Below, piece after piece: positions 1 through 13,738 of a stretch of 40,465 nt of DNA (positions are counted from its first letter, which is position 1; each line of letters begins with the position of its first letter). This stretch comes from Octopus sinensis (Eukaryota). The notes under the pieces are model-generated. The model saw nothing but the letters and a program-made list of their open reading frames with translations, did not search any database and had not been told where the DNA came from. The translations under genes and the position numbers were made by a program. The stretch spans positions 1-40,465 of the forward strand of contig NW_021835430.1 of assembly GCF_006345805.1 (NCBI RefSeq), given 5' to 3'.

Positions 1-1082
1 GTGGTGGTGGTGGCGATGATATTATCTTTAAGAATGGAGATAAAGAGAGATTGAATGGGAGTTAGAGGTAGAAAGAGAGGGTAAATTTGGGTGGAGTGAA
101 TCCGACGGGATGTAGTGGGCTTTAACCCCGGCAAAATAAAATATCTGTTGCGTTTCTGAAAGAGGTGAAGTAGAATATGAAACTTTTGCGGTGCGGCGTG
201 TCATTGATAGACTCGTTGTACAATAAATAGAGACGGCGAAAAAAGAGAGAGCTCGAGAAAGAAAAGGTGTATATATGAAAGAGAGGACGGAAAATGAAAT
301 ATTTTGCAATGTAAACATGAATTTGTTTTAAGAGAAAGATTGTCATGATTGTGTGTTGGTGGTGTTGGTGGTGGCGATGATAATTATCATTAGGAAAAAG
401 AGTGAGTGAGTGAGGAAGACATACATAAGTTGTGGCGATGATAATTGTAGACCCTTTTCACATTTTGATGAAGAGAACCCGATTTCATTCGGTGTACTGG
501 GGCCACATATAGGTTGTGTGTGTTGGTGTGTGTGCACGCTGTAGAAATTAAATTAAGAGATAAAACCACTAATAGGGAAATGAAACAGTAAAAAAACAAA
601 AACAAAAACATAAAAATAAAAATATAATATTAGATATATGTATATATATATATGTGTGTGTGTGTGTGTTGACAGGTAGACAATAGAATGCGATGGCGAT
701 GGCGATGTAATATTTGTTTCTGTCTATGAAACTGATAGATACATGAGTAAAATGTATGGGAAGCTAAGAGATAAGAGTGAGTGAAAATGTTCTTGGAAGA
801 GAGGAAACAGCGAGAGTGTGATTTGAGGAAGACTTTACATTAAATAACGGTAGTGGCATTGTGAAATGAAGAGGAGTGAGAGAGTACTGGAGGAAGTAGG
901 GTGAGTGAGGAAGATGGCCCCTAGCAACCACACCTTTTAAGATAGTGATTTCTAAGGTAGCCCACGCGCATCGTCACCTCATTCTACATGTCCCTGTAAA
1001 TTTTGGAGCGAATCGGACGGGATGTAGTGGCATTGAAAGCGATCCAAGCGGTAAAAACGCATTTCAGTTCTATATATAGAGA
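1..1082 (-). mobile_element. Possible 5' part of a non-autonomous Helitron-like repeat with internal sub-repeats
   Basis: Minus strand starts A|TCTCTATATATAG at 1083-1070, like the Helitron at 15117. Motif AAATTT..GAATC(C/G)GACGGGATGTAGTGG recurs at ~84-119 and ~998-1030; TGAGGAAGA(C) recurs at ~411, ~824, ~906. No CTAG end is visible in the window. Confidence 0.35.
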
Positions 1083-1314
1083 TATATATTTACACACATA
1101 AAACACACATACACTCGTACCCATAAATCCATGACCATATATATGTAAGGAGTTCTACGTATGTATGTATATGCGTGCATATTTCTTTCTATGGATATTA
1201 GGAGACAAATACGCATGTGTACACAAGCACAAACATGCACACACATATGCACGCACGCAAATACACACACATATATACATGCACAAGTTAATGAATATAT
1301 ATATATATATGTAT

Positions 1315-1387
<73 letters not shown>

Positions 1388-1389
1388 AA

Positions 1390-1810
1390 TATTAGGGAAT
1401 AAATCCAAACTTACGGGGAAAAATCAGATTTAGGATTGAATCCAATTTTATAGTAAAATATTATATTATATTAAATTAGAGACAAAACCACTATTATGCA
1501 AATCAAACAAAGAAAGACTTAATCCAATACATAAATTAATTTATATTATTTAGAAATTTAACAATTATTAATATCCACTACGATCGTTTCATGTCTTCTT
1601 TTCATCACATCTTTGAGTAGTAGACATTCTTCAGGTGGTTTCAAATATTCTTGGCGATACTCAAAGATGTGATGAAAAGAAGACATGACACGATCGTAGT
1701 GGATATTAATAATTGTTAAATTTCTAAATAAGATAAATTAATTTATGTATTGGATTAAGTCTTTCTTTGTTTGATTTGCATAATAGTGGTTTTGTCTCTA
1801 TTTAATATAA
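1390..1810 (-). mobile_element. Penelope-like element pseudo-LTR (1390-1657) with partial inverted copy (1658-1810), flanked by (TA)n
   Basis: ~153 bp near-perfect inverted arms (1466-1619 and 1658-1810) with a 38 nt spacer; contains a hammerhead core; (TA)n on both sides. Confidence 0.7.
1575..1638 (-). ncRNA. Type I minimal hammerhead ribozyme
   Basis: Minus strand reads CCAC-CUGAAGA-AUGUCU-(loop)-AGACAU-GAAA-CGAUCG-UA/GUGG: stem I CCAC:GUGG, stem II AUGUCU:AGACAU, palindromic stem III, GUA cleavage triplet (cut between 1579 and 1578). Confidence 0.8.
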
Positions 1811-1813
1811 ATA

Positions 1814-1866
<53 letters not shown>

Positions 1867-1935
1867 TATATTATATATATATATATATATAATATATATA
1901 TAATATATATATATATTATATATATTACATATATA

Positions 1936-2100
1936 GGCGCAGAAGCTGGTGTGTAGTAAGCAGCTTGCTTACCGACCACATGGTTCAGGGTTCAGTCCCA
2001 CTGCATAGCAACCTTGAGGAAGGAAGTATCTTCTATAACCTTGGGCCGACCAAAGCCTTGTGAGTGGATTTGCTAGACGGAAACTGGAAGAAGCCCATCG
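1936..2100 (+). mobile_element. tRNA-derived SINE family S1, 5' half
   Basis: Homologous to the reverse complement of 14237-14401; B-box-like GGTTCAGTCCC; ends in (TA)n. Confidence 0.8.
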
Positions 2101-2499
2101 TATATATATATATGTATTAAGTTAGTGATATGAACGTATAGCTATATATCTTATATATTCATATATTCATATGTACGTATATACATGCCGCATACGTAGC
2201 TACGAATCTACATACCTATTTTCGTAGGTATACATTTCTTCGTTTTGGTATACACATACGTGTGTACGTACAACTGCAAACAGGTGCGTGCATTTGCATA
2301 ACACTCACACACACACACACACGTACATGCACACACACATGTATATAAATACATGCATTTATAAACGTTCACATCCACCATTAAATAGCACGTAAATGCC
2401 ACATGCATATGCACATGCACTTCAACAAATATGCAAAAATACAATTAATGTCGGCTGTGATGAATTAAAGGGAGAGAATAAAAGGAGTGATAAAGAGAG

Positions 2500-2811
2500 A
2501 TATTTACATTGTTGATAATTATGATGGTGGTGTTGACGGTGATGGGGATGAGTAGGAGGTGGAGGGATAAGGTGAGTTGTTATTAGTTGATGCTGGCTGC
2601 GGTGGTGAGGAATTGCATCAGATGAAGAGGCCTATTTGGTACAAGAGGCGGTAAGAGTATAGGAGCAGAATGTGGGGAAGAAAGAGGAACTAGTGAACAC
2701 ACATAATGACGAAAACGATGATGATGATGATGACGAAGATGATGAGGATGTTGATAATGATGACGATGAATATGAAGATGATGACGGTGATGATGTTTAC
2801 TATCATCACCA

Positions 2812-2852
<41 letters not shown>

Positions 2853-2947
2853 TCCAACATTGCATTATATGCATTATATGCAAACCCCCACAGGGGGTCC
2901 CCGTAACCCATCGCCCTAATGACAGATAAATGAATTCATTATTATTA

Positions 2948-2999
<52 letters not shown>

Positions 3000-3879
3000 G
3001 TTATTATTATTATTAATATTTTTATTACCATTATTATTATTATTATTATTATTATTATCATTATTATCATGTTTATGATGTGGATGAAGACGCTTATAAG
3101 TACGATGAGGATGATGAAGATGACGATGGAGATGATGTCTACTATTATTGTTGTTGTTGTTGTTATTCTTCTTAGTATTATTATTACTATTATTTTTGAT
3201 AGCAACAATAACGATAACGAAGATAATGACGAGTATAATAATAACACAAACAGAAATTGCAACAATAAACTGCACACACACAAACACACACACACACGCA
3301 CACACGCACACACACACACACGCACACACAAGCACCGCCAATACAATCGTTACACACCCACCAGTAATACACTCAACCACCATCATCACCAACACCACCA
3401 TCATCACCACCACCACAACCACCACCACTACCACCATCAACACGAACAACAAGCAGAACAATAACAACATTTCCAGATCAGAGAGACTACTTGTCTGTAA
3501 GATCGTGGAACAATGATTTGCATAGCAGCACCAGCAACAACAACAACAGGAACAGAAAGAAGAAGAACAGCAAGAACAGAAACAACAAATATAGTAAAAT
3601 CAACCACAATAACAGTAACAGCAAAAGCAACAACAACGACAACAATAATAATAACAATAATAATAATGATAATAATAAAATAATAATAATATAATAATAA
3701 TAATAAATAATAATAATAATAACAATAACAATAATAATAATAATAAATAATAATAAGATAATAATAATAACAATAATAATAATATAATAATAATAATAAT
3801 AACAATGACAATAATAATAATAATAATAATAACAATAACAACAATAATAATAAATAATAATAATAATAATAACAATAAC

Positions 3880-3913
<34 letters not shown>

Positions 3914-3930
3914 GTAATAATAATATTATA

Positions 3931-3965
<35 letters not shown>

Positions 3966-4038
3966 TAATAATTATAATAATAATATTAATAATAATAATA
4001 ATAATAATAATAAAAATAATAATAATAATAATATTAAT

Positions 4039-4108
<70 letters not shown>

Positions 4109-4485
4109 TTAATAATAATAATAATAATAAAAATGGTACTACTGATAATAATGATAATGACAAATACTATGCCAGCAGGAAGAACAGCAACTTAACATGT
4201 TTAATACCAAAAAATTCAAGAAGAACTGAGACGGCGACGAGATCAACAACAGCTACAGCAACCACAAGAACAACATCAAAAGCTACAGCGACAATAAAAT
4301 CATCCTCAATAACTCCAAGCGCATTATCTACACCGGCAGTGCCATCACAATCGTCATTATCACGAACCGACAATAAGCGCAAGAAGAGAGTCAGCGGAAT
4401 GAGCAACGTTAACGGATATAAGAAACGTTATCGACAGCATGAAGACAAAATGTGTCTGCAAAGGTGGTGGTGGTGGTGGTGGTTT

Positions 4486-4519
<34 letters not shown>

Positions 4520-4550
4520 TGCAGAAGCAGTGGTAATGGTGGTAGTAACA
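2500..4550. repeat. Mosaic of (GAT)n, (TTA)n, (CA)n, (CAC)n, (AAT)n, (GGT)n and (TAG)n microsatellites
   Basis: Directly visible; explains the poly-N/I/L/H ORFs. Confidence 0.95.
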
Positions 4551-4559
4551 TGATGGCTG

Positions 4560-4860
4560 TACTAGCACTCCATCGGTCACGACGACGGAACAGTCTGGAC
4601 GTGAAATCAATGTGAAAGTGACTGAGCACTCCACAGATATCTGTGTCTTTAACATAGTTCTCAGGGAGATTCAGCGTGACGCAGCATGTGGCAATGCTGG
4701 TCCTTTGAATTACTGGTACTGCTCATTTTTGACTGCTGAGTGGACTGGAGCAATGGGGCAACGTTAAATAATGTGTCTTGCTGAAGGACTCAACGCTCTA
4801 CCTGGAATCGAACTCATGAGCTTACGGCTCTGGGCGTAATACCGCATCCACCAAGCTAAT
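4560..4860 (-). mobile_element. Degenerate tRNA-derived SINE (head H1 plus tail T1)
   Basis: Minus strand has B-box GAGTTCGATTCC, then GTCCTTCAGCAAGACAC; its 3' part aligns with 33138-33308 (TTCAAAGG..GTCACGCTGAAT..CTGTGGAGTGCTCAG..ACCGATGGAGTGC). Confidence 0.75.
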
Positions 4861-4959
4861 CACTTTCTCAGCACGGAGATTAATACAAAACTACAATACC
4901 AGAACCACTGACACCAACATCTGTATCAGTACTACTAACTTCAACATTCAGAACTTTTT

Positions 4960-5056
4960 CCTTTCTATTCTAGGCGCAAAGCCCGAAATTTTGGTGGAAG
5001 GGGGCCAGCTGTATAGATAGACCCCAGGACTGGTACTTAATGTATCGACTCCGAAA
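4960..5056 (-). mobile_element. SINE family S3, 3' fragment
   Basis: Aligns with 9672-9775 (CCTTTCTA..GAAATTTTGG..CTGGTACTTAAT..TCGAC). Confidence 0.6.
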
Positions 5057-5546
5057 TGTATATGCTTTATCTTGGTATAAAAAGATGGCTACAGCAAATA
5101 TTCTGCTCACTACCACACATTTGCTTGTCATTTGTTTCACCGAAACCAATTCGGCATGTACTTTAGTGGCTGACAATATATGCATCTCTTATGATGAGCA
5201 GAAGTAGCCGAGGAGCATCATAGCCATGTGTTGAGAGGAATTATTTATGGTTTGAATAATTTACCTCTGGAAACAAGGGTGTTTCATTCATCACTCTTAA
5301 ACAATCCACATTTAGCGATCGTTTGAGCGGAATGGGTTACTAAACCTGAAGAAAGTTCTAACTGGGTCCCACATGTAAATCCATGCGCTGTTTGTCTTGA
5401 GATCAGGTCACACCATTTCGCGCACATATGGTTGTGACACATGAGCCTGGCGTACTTTTATCAGACTGGTAGTGATAATGCATATATTGGGCTTTGTATA
5501 TTTGTACACCAGCATCACTTTGATGTCATGCATTGTTCTCGTACTC
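5056..5546 (+). mobile_element. Element X, old diverged copy (non-coding, ends in AAT repeat)
   Basis: Colinear with 20881-21377 along its full length; ends ACTC|AATAA. Confidence 0.85.
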
Positions 5547-5595
5547 AATAAGAATAACAACACCAACAGCAATAATAATGATAATAATAATAATA

Positions 5596-5686
<91 letters not shown>

Positions 5687-5691
5687 ATGAA

Positions 5692-6012
5692 ATTTACAAC
5701 CTTTTCTACCCTACGTCTATACCATTTTTTTCCTCTGAGTATTTTGTAGTGCTGGCATAACTAGAAGTGCCTGTGGATATATTCTTTATTGACTAAAATT
5801 TGGCAGCCAGATATAACACATTTGATTATTTCTTCGCTGTATCCACGTCGCTTAAAGTTACGTACTGTATTGTGTTTCACTGTATACGATCGGAGGTAAC
5901 CATTGCTGAGATTCTGGTCGTGTGCTGCAATCGAGAAAGAATCAGTCACTGATTTGAATGTGCGATTCTCAGTTACTGTTGAGAATTTCCTTTACGCGTT
6001 TCCACTCAGTTT
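5692..6012 (-). pseudogene. Highly decayed R4/Dong LINE fragment (subfamily B-like, zinc-knuckle region)
   Basis: Translation TDSFSIAAHDQNL..VISGCQILVNKEYIHRH..LCQHYKI...KWYR matches TEGFLIAAQDQSL..SSCPVLAKKEYIHRH..LCQHYGI...RWYR at 17840-18090. Confidence 0.75.
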
Positions 6013-6167
6013 ATTATCATAAATATTATAATTGCTTTACGCGCGGTCTTGTTTGTTGTGGTAGATTCTGTGAGAGCGGACAGCAGCCTTCTGTCAGCGG
6101 TCACACACGGTCACTTTCCACACATTACAGGCTTTGATACTTGGTTGTTAACTATTTTTATTATTAT

Positions 6168-8410
6168 TCTATGTTTGACTTTTGCTTTACATTTGTACAA
6201 GTTGGCTACAAGTCTCACCCACAAACCTCAAGAGATAACAGGTTGGAAGTTCATCTTGGTATTATGTCTAGGGTGCCATATATTTGGTTTTGTATTTACT
6301 GTTGTACTAGTGAATGCTTAAATACGGAAATTATGTTTGTTTTAAAACTTGATATTACATAGAAAGTATTTTGCGTAGGATATGAGCAGTTCCCATGAGC
6401 ACTATATTTTGGATTTCTGCCATTTTTGGGTTTCCTGGTATCTGAGTTAGTTAGCAATCAGCCCCTTTTGCTATCATTCCCAGGGCACCTATGACAACAG
6501 GTGTTGTTTTAGTTTTCAGGTTCCACATTTTGCTGATTTCTATTTCAAGATCTTTATATTTGCTCAGTTTTTGGTAGGTCTTGACAGATACCTTTATATC
6601 GATTGGGACAGTCATATCAATGAGGAGGCATGTTCTTTGTCTGAAGTCTTTCAATACGATGTCTGCCTATTTGCATCTATCTTTCTGTCAGTTTGAATGG
6701 TGAAGTTCCAGAGGAGTGAGATGTGGTCATTTTCAAGCATTGGAGGTGGTTTGTGTTCCCACCAGTTTTTTCATGGGGCTAATCCAGGTTTTTGCAAATT
6801 ACCCAGTGAATATATTGTGCAGTTCTATCATGCCTGTTGAGATACTCTGAAGGCGCTAGAAGACTGCACTTGGAGACAACATGATCGACGGTTTCATTTT
6901 GTTGTTGACATACACGACATGTTGGGCTACTGCCGTTCTTTAATATGTTGGCCTGGTAGTTCCTTGTTGGTAGGCATTGATCTTGAGCTGCTATGATAAA
7001 CCCTTCTGTTTCAGATTTTAAGCCAGAGGCCATTAGCCATTGATGGGTCAGGGCTTTGTCAACATCTGCATTATTCGCTCTCTTTGGGTATTTGCCATAA
7101 AGAGGTTTTTCTTGCCACTTATCATTCAGAATATCTAAGGCAGCAGTTTTCATGCGCTTAGCTTTTTCTATGCTTGTTTCTTGTATGTCTATCTCTAATT
7201 CCAAAATTTGTTGTATTCAGAATTCACTTAGATATTCCTTTGCCTGTTTTGTTAATGAGTATGATGCTTTCTTGTTTTCATGTTTTGAGACAAGTTTTAA
7301 CATCCAGTCCTCAGAGTTTTTCAGGTAGGTGTCTAGGCCAATTGTAGCAATCTTCATTGTTATTGCCAGTTGTAAAAGACAACGGCCTCCCTCTTTTCTT
7401 GGCAGATAAAGTCGCTCTGTATCTGCCTTAGGGTGGTGCATTCTATGCATTGTCAACAGTTTTCGTATTTTTCTGTCAAGATTACATATTTCAGTAATTG
7501 ACCAGTTACCGATATTGAAACTGTAAGTCACGACTGGTATGGCTAATGCATTGATCGCTTCGATCCTGTTTCTTGTATTCAGCTCTGTGTTGAGTATTGC
7601 TCTCGCTCTTCTATAGCATTCTCTCCTGATCCTTTCCTTCATCTCTGAATGCCTTATTCCGTCCTCTTCAATTACCCCTAGGTACTTGTAGCTCTCCGCT
7701 GGGTCTAGTTCTTTTATGACATGCTGCTGGTCAATGTTAACGTTAGATGTTTCTGTCATTTTTCCTCTTTGATAAAGGTAGTTTTTGCACATTTATCGAG
7801 GCCAAATTGCCTTCTGATGTCGTCGCTGAATTGCTTGACTATCGCTAGTAAGCCCTTGATTTGTTGGTCATTTTTTTGCAAAAAGCTTTAAATCATCCAT
7901 GTAAATGAGATTATTTATATTTTTATCAAACATTTTATACCCGTACTGCGCGTCATTGAGCATTTTTGAGAAGGTATTAAGGCTAAACAAAAGAGGTGTG
8001 GTGACAGTGAGTCACCCTGCAAAATGCCACATGAAATTTTTACATCACCAGCATTTAGGGATTCATTGTCAATGTTCAAAGTTAGTGTGGTTCTCCATGA
8101 TTTCATACTTACAGTCAAAAACTTTCGCAGAGTAGGCGCTATCTTATACATTTCCAGGCATTTCTTAATCCAGCTATGTGGTAGGCTATCAAAAGCCTTT
8201 TTATAGTCTATCCAGGCTATTGATAAGATTTTGTGTCGTTTGTGACAATCTTCTAAGATCATCTTATTGATGAGTAGTTGATCTTTACAACAGTAGGATC
8301 CACGTTTACATCCTTAATGTTCATTAGGGAACATGCTGCTGTCTGTTAAAAAACTATAAGTATTTTCCGCCAGGACAGATGCTAGAGTTTTATACATAGT
8401 TGTTAAGCAG

Positions 8411-8411
<1 letters not shown>
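6168..8411 (-). mobile_element. R4/Dong-clade non-LTR retrotransposon, subfamily A, 5'-truncated and disrupted RT-REL ORF plus 3' UTR
   Basis: RT motifs WIDYKKAFDS, GILQGDSLSP and YMDD (7903-7892); CRVC..H....C knuckle, RHD, LIDMTVP and KLSKYKDL of a restriction-like endonuclease; 3' end CATAG|AATAAT; 5' end fused to (AAT)n. Confidence 0.92.
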
Positions 8412-8593
<182 letters not shown>

Positions 8594-8770
8594 GAGGCAG
8601 CGGGCTGACAAGATTGTTAGCGCACCGAGTAACATGCTTAGCGACATTTCGTCCGTCTTTACGTTCTGAGTTCAAATTCCGCTGAGGTTTGCTTTGCGTT
8701 TTATCCTGTCAGGGTCGATGCAATCGACTGAGCCCGTCTACATTCCAGAAATGTAAGACCTTGAAACAAT
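8594..8770 (+). mobile_element. SINE family S3, internally deleted
   Basis: B-box-like GAGTTCAAATTCC followed by CTTTGCGTTTTATCCTGTCAGGGTCGAT, homologous to the reverse complement of 9762-9800. Confidence 0.65.
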
Positions 8771-8994
8771 AGTAGTAGTAGTAGTAGTAGTAGAAATAAC
8801 TTTTGTAGTAGTCAGAGTTGTAGTGGCAGGTGCAGTAGCAGTGACAGAAGCAGTAGTTCTGGTACCTGCAACAGCAGCTGTGGCATTAGTAGTAGTATTA
8901 TTAGTTTTTGTACTAATAGTCGTATACGCGTTCTTGTAAGACGAAACAACGTGTGATATTTCAAAACTTGCTGCGGGAGAGACAGACAGTAACT

Positions 8995-9081
8995 TGTGTA
9001 TGTGTATACACATACACACGCACATATATATACACACACAGATATATACATACATATATACATATATATACATATATATAC

Positions 9082-9164
<83 letters not shown>

Positions 9165-9327
9165 GCATTCAGAGACACATGTGTGCGCATATGTACTTGC
9201 TTACACATGAATAATTATGTTTGGCTGTTTCCATGTTGATCTGTTGGAAACTATGTCAGTATGTTAACATAATTTACCCGATGCTGTAAGGCATGCTAAG
9301 GCATGCAAGCAAGGTATGTGTGCGTGC

Positions 9328-9366
<39 letters not shown>

Positions 9367-9387
9367 CACACATCTTACACACGATAT

Positions 9388-9433
<46 letters not shown>

Positions 9434-9472
9434 TGTATTAATATATATAATATATATATATATGTGTGTATA

Positions 9473-9559
<87 letters not shown>

Positions 9560-9590
9560 GTGTATATATATATATATAATATATATATTA
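8995..9590. repeat. (TA)n/(TG)n microsatellite cluster
   Basis: Directly visible. Confidence 0.95.
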
Positions 9591-9671
9591 TGCATCTAAA
9601 GAGAGAAAGAAAAGAGAAGCAGAAGAAGGAAGTTAGTAGTGTAATATCAAGCGTAAGTACGAAAGTAAAAA

Positions 9672-9800
9672 TCCTTTCTACAGGAGGCATAAGGTTCGAA
9701 ATTTTGGAGGAGCGGGGCAGTTGATTAGGTCAACCTCAGCACGCAACTGGTACTTAATTTGTCGACCCTGAAAGGAAGAAAGGCAACGTAAACTTCGGTG
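9672..9800 (-). mobile_element. SINE family S3, central and 3' fragment
   Basis: Minus strand GCCTTTCTTCCTTTCAGGGTCGACAAATTAAGTACCAG; homologous to 4960-5056 and 8690-8720. Confidence 0.65.
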
Positions 9801-10305
9801 GCAATAATACCAAGAATGATGTGAAAGAACTAGACGACTTAAGGATTGAAAAATTCAATGAATTTATTGTTATAGTCCCAGAGTGTAACATGCTTTTTCT
9901 CTGAATTGCATATTCCTAGCTTTGAATATACCTCTGATTTCATCAGCAGTGTTTTACGATTGTTCTGTCTATAATTCTTATGCATTTAAACTATCTTACA
10001 TTTATCTTTAAATAACCCGCCAAACAGAGACGTTTCTCCATGGTTTATCATATAGAGCGAACTCGTACGTAACTTTTACTTGCCATACCTACCTATCTGT
10101 ATGTATGTGGGTAGGTACACAATTGTTCAGTTGGGATAGGATAACCCAGGCGTTTATTGCGGGTGGTATTTCACGTTGATTCGTATTTCGTTCCGTCCTC
10201 GAATGTGAATATTAAAAATTGAAGAGTAGAAGTTATGGTATTTATTTCATGGTTAACACTTATTTGAATAGTGATTATTCACGCATTATGTTTATATACA
10301 TGTAT

Positions 10306-10678
10306 ACTCTTTTACTTGTTTCAGTCATTTGACTGCGGCCATGCTGGAGCACCGCCTTTAGTCGAGCAAATCGACCCCGGGACTTATTCTTTGTTTTTGC
10401 CGAACTGCAAAGTGACGGGGACATAAACACACCAGCATCGGTTGTCAAGCAATGCTAGGGGGACAAACACAGGCACACAAACATATACACACACACATAT
10501 ATATATACATATATACGACGGGCTTCTTTCAGTTTCCGTCTACCAAATGCACTCACAAGGCATTGGTCGGCCCGAGGCTATAGCAGAAGACACTTGCCCA
10601 AGATGCCACGCAGTGGGACTGAACCCGGAACCATGTGGTTGGTAAACAAGCTACTCACTACACAGTCACTCCTGCTCC
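10306..10678 (-). mobile_element. SINE family S1, near full length, with internal (CA/TA) microsatellite
   Basis: Very similar to 13972-14401 and 38937-39373. Confidence 0.9.
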
Positions 10679-11399
10679 TATGTATGTTGATAATGATTAA
10701 GTAATGCTTGCTACATAATATATATAATGTAGCAGTCCATGGAATTGTTTCATCGGAACCGTTTAAAAATAATCACACAAAAATAAGCAACAATGCAGCA
10801 GTAATAAGAACAATTTAGCGGTGTTAAACTTTAAAATGCTATGAAAAAGCCAAGAAACGGAATAAAGAATCTAGTGTCTTGTTTCTTGACAACTTCGGAA
10901 ATACAGTCGGAGAAAAAAAAAAGGAATGTTTACTGTAAGGAAAAACTTTAAATATGTGCCCAAAATATGTAATTGCCTATTTTGCACTTTAGCGAATTCA
11001 AAAGAGCAGAAATCGGCTATTAAAAATATATAAATGTCATTTTGATGGAAAAGAGCATTTGTACATATAATTCATGTATAAATAAGTATATTGTAAATAT
11101 TTGTACTTTAAATTTATTCAAAATATTAATAGTTACAGTGATAAAAGAAAAAGCTCGTTTAAATTTTCATTCTTTGGATTAAAAAAATTGTAATTCGTTA
11201 TGTAACGATATATAAATATATAAAGTGAAAAAGGAATTTATGATTTCCTCTCATTGCGAATTTTTTTAAACACCAGATATTTCATTGTGAAATTATTAGC
11301 TCCTTTTCAACAATCTCTTTTTCTATATACGTCCCATTTACGCACACACATACACACAATTAAATACAGGAACAAACGTACGAAGAAACACTTACATGC

Positions 11400-11433
11400 A
11401 AACGCACACACATATGAACATATATATATGTGC

Positions 11434-11501
<68 letters not shown>

Positions 11502-11818
11502 CATATATATATATATATATATCACACAAATAACATGTGTATAATAGATCAAAGAAGTGAAAAAGTAACAAATAGTCTGCTATGTGAAATCGATTGACGA
11601 GTAAGCGTGGAAATATAAAACGAACAAGTAAAAATCAAAGAAATGCTCGATGTAAGTATATACGGCAATAAAAGAAGCAGAAAAGAGCCTAAAGTCTTCG
11701 CTAACATCCATCATGATTATCAATGGCAAAAGGAAAGAAAAATTATACAATATCGAGTTTACAGCGTCTGTTTCATTCCAGACATAGGGGAGAGTGATAT
11801 ACACACACGCACTTACGC

Positions 11819-11851
<33 letters not shown>

Positions 11852-12042
11852 GCGTATGGATATATATATATACATATACACACGCACGTGCACGTTTTCC
11901 ACCTGCCTTCGTCTTTTGTCTATTTTCATAAAGCTTCCCGTTATATATACATATATATATATATACATATATATATACATATATATATATATACATATAT
12001 ATATATACATATACACATATATATATATATATATATACATAT

Positions 12043-12111
<69 letters not shown>

Positions 12112-12503
12112 ATATATACATATACATATACACACGCACATATATATATATCTATAATATGTCCAACGGGTTTCTTTGAGTTTCAGTCAATACATCCTGC
12201 TCGCAGGTCATTAATCGGCCCGATGTTATAACAGGAAACACTTGTTGAAGATGCTGCGCAATAGGACTGAACCCGAAAACACGTGGGTGAAGCAAACTTC
12301 TTACTATACAGATGTGTTTCAGTGCTCATAGAGTTCTAACTCATCTGGAGATCCTGTGCATGCGCAGGTGAAACTCAGAATAGCAAGAGGCTAATTCGAT
12401 CCAAATACTATCAATCGCTACTTGCTATCGTACAGTTTTCCCCGACAGTTACAACCAACCATTATATATATATATATATTCTATATATATATATATATAT
12501 ATA

Positions 12504-12577
<74 letters not shown>

Positions 12578-13167
12578 CATTATTCATATATACATACGTG
12601 TATAAATATATATATATATACATACACACACACACAACCACACCATACACACTCACACCCAGACTTATACCATATATACATATACATACGTGTAAGAATA
12701 CGTTCTGATATATTCGTATGTTTAATCATTTCATAAACAAATAATCTTTGCCACCAATGTAATTGAACCGTTGTTCAACACGTAGCTGATATTTCACATA
12801 TAATTCTAATTTATCTTTTGGAAGATGTATTTATGACATTATATTATAAGTTAGTCAAATATCAATTAACTTTCATTTGTTGTCATGTGTAAATATATTC
12901 GTATTCATGTTTAAATTTACTTATTGCTTCAGCATTTCCCGTCAGGTACTGAGCACAAAAGTATGAAAATTTATTGTTGTATGTATGTATGTATGTATGT
13001 ATGTATGTATGTATGTATGTATGTATGTATGTATGTACGTATGTATGTATTATATACATACATACATACATACATATATATGTGTACACATATATATGCA
13101 CACAATATCTATATATATATATATATATTCATAAACAAGCATATATGTGTGCATATATATATAAATT

Positions 13168-13198
<31 letters not shown>

Positions 13199-13200
13199 AT
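11400..13200. repeat. (TA)n, (CA)n and (TATG)n tracts with short embedded repeat fragments
   Basis: Directly visible. Confidence 0.9.
12165..12311 (-). mobile_element. SINE family S1, decayed 5' half
   Basis: CGGGTTTCTTT..TCGGCCCGA..ACACTTG..AAGATGC..GGACTGAACCCG aligns with 10519-10665. Confidence 0.7.
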
Positions 13201-13738
13201 ATATAAGTGGAGCACAAATTACTATCTCTTCGTTCTTATATTTTCTAATGATGGTTGGGAAATTACACACGCAAAATTATAATATAAAAGCAAGAAAAAA
13301 TATTGACGAAAGAAAATGAAATTGTTTGCTCGACAAACATCAAAATAAGCAAATGTCTGACCATCAAGAAAAAAATTATTAAAAAGAAATATTTGCTTAC
13401 TTCTAACTAAAGAATTTCCATTTAATTGCAGCAGTAGAAATGCGCAGTAGTTAGTAGTATTCTAGAAAGATGAGAGATGAGGGAAATTATAGGATGGAAA
13501 AGGTTTGACAGGGCTAAATTAAGTGGCAGGGTTAAATTAATATCAGTTATGTGCATAAAAATTTTACTTCTTAAGCTGCAGTTTGACTATGATGGGCATG
13601 TCTTCTTGTGCACTAAGTATCCCCGCTTATTTTGCTTATTTGTATCTCAAAATTCAAACTCTTGTCTGTTTCAAAAATCCATTAAGTACACTTACACGAC
13701 CCAGTTAAAATTAATTCCCACCTAAGGACGATAGTTTT

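Noticed and set aside
545-595. Short similarity to 1470-1512 (AAATT..GAGA.AAAACCACTA)
   Set aside because: Probably a scrap of a related pLTR, but too short and AT-rich to call.
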